A stretch of 64,000 nt of DNA from an uncultured delta proteobacterium (GTDB lineage: Bacteria; Myxococcota_A; UBA9160; SZUA-336), in assembly GCA_963704165.1 (NCBI GenBank), contig CAVPHD010000011.1:64001-128000 (forward strand), in the 5' to 3' direction. Shown one piece after another: positions 56,050 through 64,000 of this stretch. The stretch's first letter is position 1. Each line of letters opens with the position of its first letter. Both the position numbers and the translations under genes were made by a program. Below the pieces are notes generated by a model. That model ran no database searches. It saw only the letters and a program-made list of their open reading frames with translations, and was not told where the DNA came from.

Positions 56050-56772
56050 CTAGCCCTCGACGGCGACCAGCACGACGGTCGAGTTGTCGTCGCCTCCACT
56101 GTCGTTCGCGAGCGCTACGAGCGAAGCGGCCGCGCTCGCGAGCCCGCCGGTCCGCGACTCGAGACAGCGATTGATCTCCGCATCCGTGAGCTGCGAGGAA
56201 ATCCCGTCCGAACAGAGCACGAACAAGTCTCCCGGACGAGCGTGGATGGCGGTGACGTCGGGCTCGACCCAGGGAACCACCCCGAGCGCACGCGTGATGA
56301 CGTGACGGCTCGGGTGGCTGCGCGCCTGCTCGGGGCTGAGCTCGCCTCTCGCGACGCGTTCCCCCACGAGCGAATGGTCGAGCGTGAGCGGGCGCAGCTG
56401 TCCGTCGCGATGCAGGTACATGCGGCTGTCGCCGGCGTGCGCGAGCACCGCCTCGTCGTCGCGCAGCCAGAGCGCCGCGAGCGTGGTGCCCATGCCGAGC
56501 AGGCCAGCTTCCGCGTGTGCGGCCTCGTAGATCGCCTCGCTGGCGCAGGTGACCGCTTCTCGCAGAACCTCCGCGGCGCGGCCTTCCGGGTCCCGGCTCA
56601 CCGCCTCGACGAAGACGCCGACGCCCAACTCCGACGCGCGCCGCCCGGCCGCGTGGCCGCCGAGCCCGTCGGCGACGACGAACAGGCCGAGCTTCTCTTC
56701 GAGCGCGTAGAAATCCTCGTTCGCGGTGCGCTTGCGCCCGGTGTCCGTACATGCAGAGACGGAGAATCGCAT
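56050..56772 (-). CDS. PP2C-type Ser/Thr protein phosphatase
   Basis: TDTGRKRTANED, VADGLGGH, GMGTT, AHAGDSR, LCSDG, GGDDNST. Confidence 0.93.
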   Translation of the reverse strand: MRFSVSACTDTGRKRTANEDFYALEEKLGLFVVADGLGGHAAGRRASELGVGVFVEAVSRDPEGRAAEVLREAVTCASEAIYEAAHAEAGLLGMGTTLAALWLRDDEAVLAHAGDSRMYLHRDGQLRPLTLDHSLVGERVARGELSPEQARSHPSRHVITRALGVVPWVEPDVTAIHARPGDLFVLCSDGISSQLTDAEINRCLESRTGGLASAAASLVALANDSGGDDNSTVVLVAVEG

Positions 56773-56893
56773 GCGGCGAGCGCTCCTCGGCGGACCTGGC
56801 GCTTCAGATCGGGATCCGCGCGGGCCAGCTTGATCCTCGCGGGCGGCGATTTGATATGGTTCGAACGGGTGAGAGAGATATCGGAGCGGGCAT

Positions 56894-56921
56894 TCAATCG
56901 CGTTCGGGTGCGATCCGATAG
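56894..56921 (+). promoter_or_regulatory. sigma28-like promoter of romR
   Basis: TCAA-N16-TCCGATAG. Confidence 0.65.
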
Positions 56922-56974
56922 GTACCGGCAAGTCCGGCCGCTTCGAGTGGCAGGCGCATGGAGGTTAGGGGCCG

Positions 56975-58570
56975 ATGCCTAAGACCCTGCTTCTCGCCGA
57001 CGACAGTGTGACGATCCAGAAAGTCGTCGGGATCACGTTCGCGAACGAAGATGTCGAGCTCGTCACCGTGGACAACGGCGACGATGCGCTCGTGCGTGCG
57101 CGCCAGATCAAACCCGATCTCGTGCTCGCCGACATCGGTATGCCCGGGCTCGACGGATACGCGCTCTGCGAGGCGATCCGTCAGGATCCGGACCTCGCGA
57201 ATACGCCGGTGCTTCTGCTGACCGGGACCTTCGAGACCTACGACGAGGACCGCGCTCACGAGGTCGGCGCGAGCGGCCACATCAGCAAGCCGTTCGAGGC
57301 GCAGGCGCTCGTCGATCGCGTCCTCACGATGATCGCGCAGAGCGAAGCGGCCGCCGCGTCCCGTCCTTCGCCACCGACGCAACCGATTCTCGCGCCGGCT
57401 TCACCGCCCATGACGAGCGCGCCCGAGATGGCCGCTCGGCCGCGCCCCGAGCTCCCACCTCTTCCGGGCGCGAGCGTCTCGAACGCGGCGCGTCCCTCCA
57501 AGCCGCGCGCGACCTCGACGTTCGACTTCGACGTCACGCCCGATCCGAGTGTCGAAGTCCCCGCCGTCGCGGAGCCGCTCTGGGAGCCCGGACCGGACTT
57601 CGAAGCACACGACGATTCCCCGGCACGCCGGGTCCACGCTTCGCTCGAGCCCTCGGAGGAAGCCCCGTCCCCGGACGCGACCCACCTGTTCTCGCCCGAA
57701 GCCGTCCGTGCGCCCGCTCGGCCTCCGGCCGCAGTGGAGCCCTTGCACGCGGCCGCTCCCGCGCGATCGGACTTCTCGTTCGAGGACCTCGACTTCGAGG
57801 AGCCCACCGCACCGCCAGGAAGCCACACAGAGATCTTCGGCGAGAACTCGGGTCCGCTCGCTGCGGAAACCGTGGTCGCGATCCGCGAGACGCCGAGGTT
57901 GGACGCGCCCGCCCCGATCACGGCACCCGCGCTCCCCGACCTGCTCAGAGATGACGAGATCACGGCGCCGAGCCAGGACCTCTCCGCGCTGGACTTCTCC
58001 GACGCCGAGCCCGAGATCGAGGCCGAGCCGCTCGACGAGGACGACCCGTTCGGAGAGCCGTTCTCGCCCGACACCTCCGCAGCCCTCGCCGAACCCGAGT
58101 TCGCCCCGGTTCGAACGCGCGGCGCCGAATCGACGCCCGCCCCCGAAGCCACGCGACTTCTCGCGCAGGCCGACGCGCTCGACGCGAACGAGGACGGGCT
58201 CGAGCTCGACGGCGATCTGCTCGACGTCGAGCCGATACCGGAGCTGCCGATGTCGGAGCCGCCGGAAGAGCTCGACGCGTGGAGCGACGTCCACGAACCG
58301 GTAGAGCCGGACCCGCGCCCGACGGCTCCGCTGAACACGGCATCGCGACCGACGGATTCCGGACGCACGACCGCACCGATCATCGACTCCACGCTCCTTT
58401 CCCAGACACTGGAGAAGGTCGCGTGGGAGGCGTTCGGCTCGCTCTCGGAGCAGGTCGTGAACGAGGTCCGCAAGCGCGTCGAGGCCGTGGTCTGGGAAGT
58501 CGTTCCGCAGATGTGCGAGCGGCTGATCCGCGAAGAGATCGCTCGACTCAAGGCCGAGCTGCCGGAGTAG
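56975..58570 (+). CDS. romR: RomR-like polarity response regulator (REC, Pro/acidic linker, C-terminal helix)
   Basis: MPKTLLLADDSVTIQKVVGITFANED...; C-terminal EAVVWEVVPQMCERLIREEIARL. Confidence 0.85.
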   Translation: MPKTLLLADDSVTIQKVVGITFANEDVELVTVDNGDDALVRARQIKPDLVLADIGMPGLDGYALCEAIRQDPDLANTPVLLLTGTFETYDEDRAHEVGASGHISKPFEAQALVDRVLTMIAQSEAAAASRPSPPTQPILAPASPPMTSAPEMAARPRPELPPLPGASVSNAARPSKPRATSTFDFDVTPDPSVEVPAVAEPLWEPGPDFEAHDDSPARRVHASLEPSEEAPSPDATHLFSPEAVRAPARPPAAVEPLHAAAPARSDFSFEDLDFEEPTAPPGSHTEIFGENSGPLAAETVVAIRETPRLDAPAPITAPALPDLLRDDEITAPSQDLSALDFSDAEPEIEAEPLDEDDPFGEPFSPDTSAALAEPEFAPVRTRGAESTPAPEATRLLAQADALDANEDGLELDGDLLDVEPIPELPMSEPPEELDAWSDVHEPVEPDPRPTAPLNTASRPTDSGRTTAPIIDSTLLSQTLEKVAWEAFGSLSEQVVNEVRKRVEAVVWEVVPQMCERLIREEIARLKAELPE

Positions 58571-58595
58571 CGCTGCACGGCTATCCTGCGAAGCC

Positions 58596-59447
58596 GTGAC
58601 GAACGTGCCCTCGCGTGCGACCTGGATCTGGCTCGTCGAAGCGGCGCTCGCCGAGGACATCGGACCGGGCGACGCGACCTCCCAGGCGCTGCTCGCGCCC
58701 GACGCGCTCGGCGAAGCGCAGCTCGAGGCGCGGGCCGCGATCGTGGTCTCCGGGCTCGAAATCGCCCGCGAGGTCTTCGCGCTTCGCGGCGTCAGCTGCG
58801 ACCTGCTCGTCGCCGACGGCGCCTCCGCGTCGAGCGGTGACGTGCTCGCCCGCGTTCGCGGACCGGCGATCGGAATCCTCGAGGCCGAACGCACCGCGCT
58901 GAATTTCGTGCAGCGCCTCTCGGGAGTCGCGACGCTGACCCGGCGCTACTGCGAAGCCGTGCGAGGAACGAAGGCCGAGATCGTCGATACGCGAAAGACG
59001 ACGCCGGGCTGGCGCACGCTCGAGAAGTGGGCGGTGCGCTGCGGCGGCGGACGCAATCACCGGCTCGCGCTGTACGACGGCATCCTGATCAAGGACAACC
59101 ACATCGCCGCGGTCGGCGGAGCGGGTGCGGCGGTGACACGCGCGCGCGAGCGCGGCTCGCGCCACCTGCGCATCCGCTGTGAAGTCGAGTCGGTCGCGCA
59201 GGCGCGCGAGGCCCTCGACGCCGGCGCGGATTCACTGCTCGTCGACAATCAGCTTCCCGCCGTGATCGCGAAGATCGTCGAGCTCTGCGCCGGGCGCGCG
59301 CGCGTCGAAGCGAGCGGCGGGGTCAACCTCGACACCGTCGGAGCGATCGCGCGCACGGGCGTGGACGAGATCTCGGTCGGCGCGCTGACTCACTCCGCAC
59401 CCGCCGCTGACGTCGCGTTGGAATGGAACGCGCCCTCGAAAGCCTGA
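58596..59447 (+). CDS. nadC: Quinolinate phosphoribosyltransferase
   Basis: AERTALNF, DTRKTTPG, NHRLALYDGILIKDNH, EASGG. Confidence 0.96.
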   Translation: MTNVPSRATWIWLVEAALAEDIGPGDATSQALLAPDALGEAQLEARAAIVVSGLEIAREVFALRGVSCDLLVADGASASSGDVLARVRGPAIGILEAERTALNFVQRLSGVATLTRRYCEAVRGTKAEIVDTRKTTPGWRTLEKWAVRCGGGRNHRLALYDGILIKDNHIAAVGGAGAAVTRARERGSRHLRIRCEVESVAQAREALDAGADSLLVDNQLPAVIAKIVELCAGRARVEASGGVNLDTVGAIARTGVDEISVGALTHSAPAADVALEWNAPSKA

Positions 59448-60226
59448 AGCCGCGCACGCGCTGGCTCGGGCGACAGCTCGAGATCCACGACGTCGCGGAT
59501 TCGACCAACCGGATCGCCGAGCAGCGCGGAGTCGAGGGCGCGGCGGATGGGCTCGTCGTGATCGCCGACCGGCAGACGGCGGGCCGCGGCCGCCTCGGCC
59601 GGACGTTCTTCTCCCCCGGCGGGCGCAGCCTGTACCTGTCGGCGCTTCTCCGCGCGGAGCTGCCGATCGAGCACATGCACCAGCACGTCTTCGCAGCGGC
59701 GGTGGCGGTCTCGGAGTGCGTGCGCGAAGTCCTGCCGGCGAGCTGCCGGGTCGAGGTCAAGTGGCCCAACGACGTGCTGATCGACGGCCGCAAGACGAGC
59801 GGCATCAACTGCCCGGTCCAGCTACTCGGCGGCCGCGTTCACTTCGGGGTCCTCGGCGTGGGTGTGAACGTGAACCTCGAGGCCAGCGAGCTTCCCGACG
59901 AGCTGCGCGAGATCGCCACGAGCCTGCGCATCGCGGGCGGCAAGTCCCTGGACCGCGTAGCGTTCGGCGAGACGCTGCTCGCGCGCCTCGAGACCGAGAT
60001 CGACGCGGTCCGGTCCGGCGCGTTCGAGGGGGTCTTGGAGCGCTTTCGCAGATCGTTCACAATGACGGGCAAGCAGGTCCGCGTCGGCGGACCCGGGCTC
60101 GCCCGCGAGGTGATCGGGACGGTGCACGGCTTGGATCATGATGGCGCATTGCTGGTCGAACCCCGGGGGGGCCCGGTCGAGCGGATCCTCGCCGGCGACG
60201 TGACGATCGTACGCGGGGAGAGGTAG
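59423..60226 (+). CDS. birA: Biotin-protein ligase, no N-terminal HTH
   Basis: DSTN, QTAGRGRLGR, KWPND, GVGVNVN. Confidence 0.93.
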   Translation: MERALESLKPRTRWLGRQLEIHDVADSTNRIAEQRGVEGAADGLVVIADRQTAGRGRLGRTFFSPGGRSLYLSALLRAELPIEHMHQHVFAAAVAVSECVREVLPASCRVEVKWPNDVLIDGRKTSGINCPVQLLGGRVHFGVLGVGVNVNLEASELPDELREIATSLRIAGGKSLDRVAFGETLLARLETEIDAVRSGAFEGVLERFRRSFTMTGKQVRVGGPGLAREVIGTVHGLDHDGALLVEPRGGPVERILAGDVTIVRGER

Positions 60227-60232
60227 CCCGGC

Positions 60233-61018
60233 GTGCTGCTGACCATCGACATCGGCAACACGCACGTCGTCCTCGGGCTCTTCGACGGCGAGACGCTCGT
60301 GCACCACTGGCGCATCGGCACGCACCGCCAGGACACCTCCGACGAGTGCGCCGCGACGCTGCGCGCGCTCTTCGACCTCGCCGGCGTGGATCGCGGTTCC
60401 ATCTCGGACGCGATCATCTCCTGCGTCGTCCCGCCGCTTCAGCCGATCTTCGAGCGGACCTGCGAGAAGCTGCTTCGCCGCGCGCCGCTGATCGTCGGCC
60501 CCGGCATCCGCACGGGCATGCCGATCCGCGTCGACAACCCGCGCGAGGTCGGAGCCGACCGGATCGTGAACGCGGTGGCCACGATCGAGCGGGTCGGGAC
60601 CCCCGCGATCTCGATCGACTTCGGCACGGCGACGACCTTCGACTGCATCTCCAGCTCCGGCGAGTTCGTCGGTGGCGCGATCTGTCCGGGCGTCTTCGTT
60701 TCGCTCGAGGCGCTGGTCGCCCGCGCATCGAAGCTCTCGTCGGTCGAAATCGTGCGCCCCCCCCAGGTGATCGGGCGGAACACCGCGCACAACCTCCAGT
60801 CGGGCATGGTCTTCGGCTACGCCGGGATGGTCGACACGATGGTGCGTCGCATCCGCAAAGAACTCGGCGAGGACGCCCGCGTCCTTGCGACGGGCGGACT
60901 CGCCGGACTGATCGCGAGCGAAGCCGAGACGATCGAGCGCGTGGAGCCCTTCCTGACCCTGGAAGGGCTTCGCCTCATCTACACGCGAAACCGGGACCCT
61001 GGGAGTCGCGGTGACTGA
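60233..61018 (+). CDS. coaX: Type III pantothenate kinase
   Basis: IDIGNT, EVGADRIVN, DFGTATT, ATGG. Confidence 0.96.
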   Translation: MLLTIDIGNTHVVLGLFDGETLVHHWRIGTHRQDTSDECAATLRALFDLAGVDRGSISDAIISCVVPPLQPIFERTCEKLLRRAPLIVGPGIRTGMPIRVDNPREVGADRIVNAVATIERVGTPAISIDFGTATTFDCISSSGEFVGGAICPGVFVSLEALVARASKLSSVEIVRPPQVIGRNTAHNLQSGMVFGYAGMVDTMVRRIRKELGEDARVLATGGLAGLIASEAETIERVEPFLTLEGLRLIYTRNRDPGSRGD

Positions 61019-61049
61019 GAGACCCACCAGACCGAACTGAGGAGGGACC

Positions 61050-63131
61050 ATGGGTAGCACCGACGCGAGCCGCAGCATCAACTTCGCTCTGATCGGGCAC
61101 GCCGGCGACGGCAAGACGACGCTCGCCGACTCGCTACTCGTGGCGGCCGGGGTGATCAACCGGCTCGGTCGCGTCGATGACGGCACCTCCTTCATGAACT
61201 GGCTGCCCGAAGAGAAGCACCGGCGCGCGAGCATCTCGACGTCGGTCTGCTCGTTCGGCTGGGACGAGGCCGAGTTCACGATCCTCGACGCCCCCGGAGA
61301 CGCGAACTTCGCGGGCGAGATGCGCGGCGCGATCGCCGCCGCCGACAACGCCGTGCTCGTGCTCAACGCACAAGACGGCGTCCGTGTCGGGACCGAGCGC
61401 GCCTACAACTACGCACGCGAGCACGGGCTCGGACTCGCCGCGGTCGCGAACAAGATGGACCTCGAGCGGGCCGACTACGACGCCTGCGCGAACCAGCTCC
61501 AGGAGACGCTCGGCGTGCGCGTCGTCAAGCTGCACCTGCCGATCGGCCGTGGCGAGGGATTCCGAGGTTTCGTCAACCTACTCACCGGCCACGCGCACCA
61601 TCTCGATGCGAACGGAAAGCTCGTGATGGACGAGCCGCCCGCCGAGCTCGCGGACGCGATCGCCTCCGCCCGCCTCGCGATGATCGAGGCGGTCGCCGAA
61701 GCCGACGACGCCCTGCTCGAACGCTATCTGGAGGGCGGCGAGATCTCGGAGGCCGAGATCTTCCAGACGCTGCGCAAGGGCGTGGCCGACGACAGCCTGC
61801 TTCCGCTTCTCTGCGCGGCCAGCGCGCGAAACATCGGCGGCATGGCGCTCTTGATCGCCGCCGATCACGTCTTCCCGACGGCCAGCGAAGCCGTCCCGCG
61901 CAAGGGCCGTCACGACGACGACGAGGTCGTGCTCGAAGCCCAGCCGACGGCTCCGGTCGCCGCGCTGGTCTGGAAGTCCGTCGCGGACCGCTACGCCGGC
62001 ATGCTCTCGCTCCTGCGCGTCTACTCCGGAACGCTGCGCAAGGACATGACTCTGCTCAATCCGCGTACGGGAGCCCGCGAGCGCGTCGGAAAGCTCCTTC
62101 GGCTGCACGGCGAGCAGACCGAGGAGGTGACCGAGGTCCTCCCGGGGCAGATCGCCGCAATCCCCAAACTCAAGGACACGCACACCGGCGACACGCTCTG
62201 CGACGAACGCCACGCGGTCCGGATCGACTCCGATCCGCCGCCGCGCGGGATCATCTCGTTCGCGGTCGAGGCAGAGAACAAGGGCGAAGAGGACAAGGTC
62301 TTCGATGCGCTACACCGTATGGTGGAGGAGGATCACAGCCTCGCGCTGAAGCGGGACGAGCGCACGGGCGAATTCCTGCTCACGGGTCTCGGCCAGCTGC
62401 ACATCGAGGTCACGCTCGAGAAGATCGCGCGGCTCTTCCACGTGAAGATCCTGCTCAAACCACCGAAGATCCCCTACCTCGAGACGCTGAAGGGCCGCGC
62501 CGAGAACGTCGAGGGCAAGCTGAAGAAGCAGTCCGGCGGACGCGGTCAGTTCGGTGTCTGTACCCTCACGGTCGAGCCGGGGGAGCGCGGATCGGGCGTC
62601 GTCTTCCTCGACGAGATCGTCGGAGGTTCGATCCCGCGTCAGTACATCCCGGCCGTCGAGAAGGGCGTGCGCGAGACCTGCGATCGCGGCGTGATCGCCG
62701 GGTACCACCTGACCGACATCCGCATTTCCGTGACCGACGGGAAGTACCACACGGTCGATAGCTCCGAGTACGCGTTCAAGGCCGCGGGCAGCCTCGCGCT
62801 GCGGGCCGCGGTCGCGCGCGCGATGCCGATCCTCCTCGAGCCGATCATGACGCTCTCCGTGGTCGTGCCCGACACCTGCGTCGGCGACGTCATGGGCAAT
62901 CTCAGCAGCCGGCGCGGTCGCGTGCTCGGAGTCGAGGCGCGCGGTCACGCCGAGATCGTCAAGGCGCACGTCCCGATGGCCGAAGTTCTGACGTACGCAT
63001 CGGATCTCACGAGCATGACCGGTGGCCAGGGCAGTTTCGACATGGAGTTCTCCCACTACGAGGAGACACCTGCGGCGATTCAGGACAGGATCGTCGGCGA
63101 GGCCGCGAAGCACCGGCAGGCGGAGGAGTAG
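61050..63131 (+). CDS. fusA: Elongation factor G paralog (EF-G2-like)
   Basis: GHAGDGKTT, NKMD, GLGQLHIE, KKQSGGRGQFG, VDSSE, LLEPIM. Confidence 0.9.
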   Translation: MGSTDASRSINFALIGHAGDGKTTLADSLLVAAGVINRLGRVDDGTSFMNWLPEEKHRRASISTSVCSFGWDEAEFTILDAPGDANFAGEMRGAIAAADNAVLVLNAQDGVRVGTERAYNYAREHGLGLAAVANKMDLERADYDACANQLQETLGVRVVKLHLPIGRGEGFRGFVNLLTGHAHHLDANGKLVMDEPPAELADAIASARLAMIEAVAEADDALLERYLEGGEISEAEIFQTLRKGVADDSLLPLLCAASARNIGGMALLIAADHVFPTASEAVPRKGRHDDDEVVLEAQPTAPVAALVWKSVADRYAGMLSLLRVYSGTLRKDMTLLNPRTGARERVGKLLRLHGEQTEEVTEVLPGQIAAIPKLKDTHTGDTLCDERHAVRIDSDPPPRGIISFAVEAENKGEEDKVFDALHRMVEEDHSLALKRDERTGEFLLTGLGQLHIEVTLEKIARLFHVKILLKPPKIPYLETLKGRAENVEGKLKKQSGGRGQFGVCTLTVEPGERGSGVVFLDEIVGGSIPRQYIPAVEKGVRETCDRGVIAGYHLTDIRISVTDGKYHTVDSSEYAFKAAGSLALRAAVARAMPILLEPIMTLSVVVPDTCVGDVMGNLSSRRGRVLGVEARGHAEIVKAHVPMAEVLTYASDLTSMTGGQGSFDMEFSHYEETPAAIQDRIVGEAAKHRQAEE

Positions 63132-63169
63132 AACGCGCGGGGACGAGCCTCCCCGCAAAGGGAGGACAC

Positions 63170-64000
63170 GTGAGCGCGGAGCCCGGTGAGATCCTGGAGA
63201 GCCTCGGGCCGGCCCGACGCTTCGCGGATCCCGCGAGCCCGCTCGATTCGCGACTCATGGCCGCGAGCGGCGCCCTGCCCCTCCCGCCCCCGCAACTTCT
63301 CTCGGTCCTGGTCGCGCTGACGCTCGATCCCGACGCGGCGGTCAAGGACAAGGCGATCGCCTCGCTTCGCGCGCTCCCCGATCGCGTGCTCACCCCGGCG
63401 CTCGGCGGAAAGCTGCACGCCGGCGTGCTCGGTGCCTGCGCAGATCTGTACCGCGAAGATGGCGCACGGCTGGAGCTGATCGCGCTGAATCCGGCGACGA
63501 GCGACGAGACCTGCACGTTCGTGGCGACGCTGCCGTTCCAGCGTGTGGTCGAGATCCTGGCGCAGAATCAGGTCCGCCTCCTGCGCTGCTCCCCGCTCGT
63601 CGAGGCGCTCGGCGAGAACCCGCTGACGGGGATGGCCACGATCGATCGGATCCTGCACTTCCTGGGCGTCGAGCGCGGAGAGATGGAGGAGCCGGAGCCC
63701 GAGAGCCAGGCCGAGCCGGTTCCGATTCCGCCGCCACCCGATCCAAGCACGGGCGAGGCCGCGCCCGAGAACCTCGAGGACGAAAGCGAACTACCGAGCG
63801 ACCTGATCGAAGAGAGCGCGGAGGAGCTCAGCGAAGACGAGAAGCAGGAGCGCAGCCAGAACCTGCAGGCGCGGGTCGGAAAGATGACCATCATCGAGAA
63901 GGTCAAGCTCGCGCGGCTCGGCAACGTCGACGCACGCTCGCTCCTGGTTCGAGACCGAAACAAGCTCGTCGCCTCCGCCGCGATCCGGAATCCGAAGATC
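63170..64000 (+). CDS. Conserved hypothetical helical-repeat protein (3' end runs off the window)
   Basis: Translated by hand from GTG after GGAGG: MSAEPGEILESLGPARRFADP...RLMAASGALPL...MTIIEKVKLARLGNVDARSLLVRDRNKLVASAAIRNPKI. Confidence 0.8.
   Translation, partial: MSAEPGEILESLGPARRFADPASPLDSRLMAASGALPLPPPQLLSVLVALTLDPDAAVKDKAIASLRALPDRVLTPALGGKLHAGVLGACADLYREDGARLELIALNPATSDETCTFVATLPFQRVVEILAQNQVRLLRCSPLVEALGENPLTGMATIDRILHFLGVERGEMEEPEPESQAEPVPIPPPPDPSTGEAAPENLEDESELPSDLIEESAEELSEDEKQERSQNLQARVGKMTIIEKVKLARLGNVDARSLLVRDRNKLVASAAIRNPKI

Overview
High-GC bacterial chromosomal segment, most likely from a Myxococcota-like deltaproteobacterium (inferred from gene content and order). About 1-28 kb (minus strand) is a near-complete Myxococcus-type type IVa pilus locus: pilB-T-C-S-R-A-G-H-I-D, a second two-component pair, an Ig-domain lipoprotein, a small HTH regulator, pilM-N-O-P-Q, then aroK, aroB, a TPR protein, an MglC-like roadblock protein, aroQ, a lipoate ligase and an SgmX-like TPR protein. 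The rest holds ribF, lptG, an nfeD-slipin-hflK-hflC operon, CoA/NAD/biotin genes, five sigma54 activators in total across the window, a peptidoglycan recycling cluster (SLT, dacB, amgK, murU, MBL hydrolase, anmK), a PilZ protein, a duplicated glycosyltransferase-methyltransferase cluster, an FlgM-like protein, a PP2C phosphatase, RomR and a divergent EF-G paralog. The main unannotated signal is a sigma28/FliA-like promoter motif, T(C/A)A(A/G)-N16-(G/T/A)CCGAT. It sits upstream of eight motility, polarity or signalling genes (sgmX, HTH-pilM, Ig lipoprotein, pilG, pilB, PilZ, a sigma54 activator, romR), with an N15 copy before the orphan FlgM-like gene. This suggests a flagellar-type sigma/anti-sigma switch controlling type IV pili. 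Many genes carry single-base frameshifts that look like long-read errors. No tRNA, rRNA, CRISPR array or mobile element was recognised.
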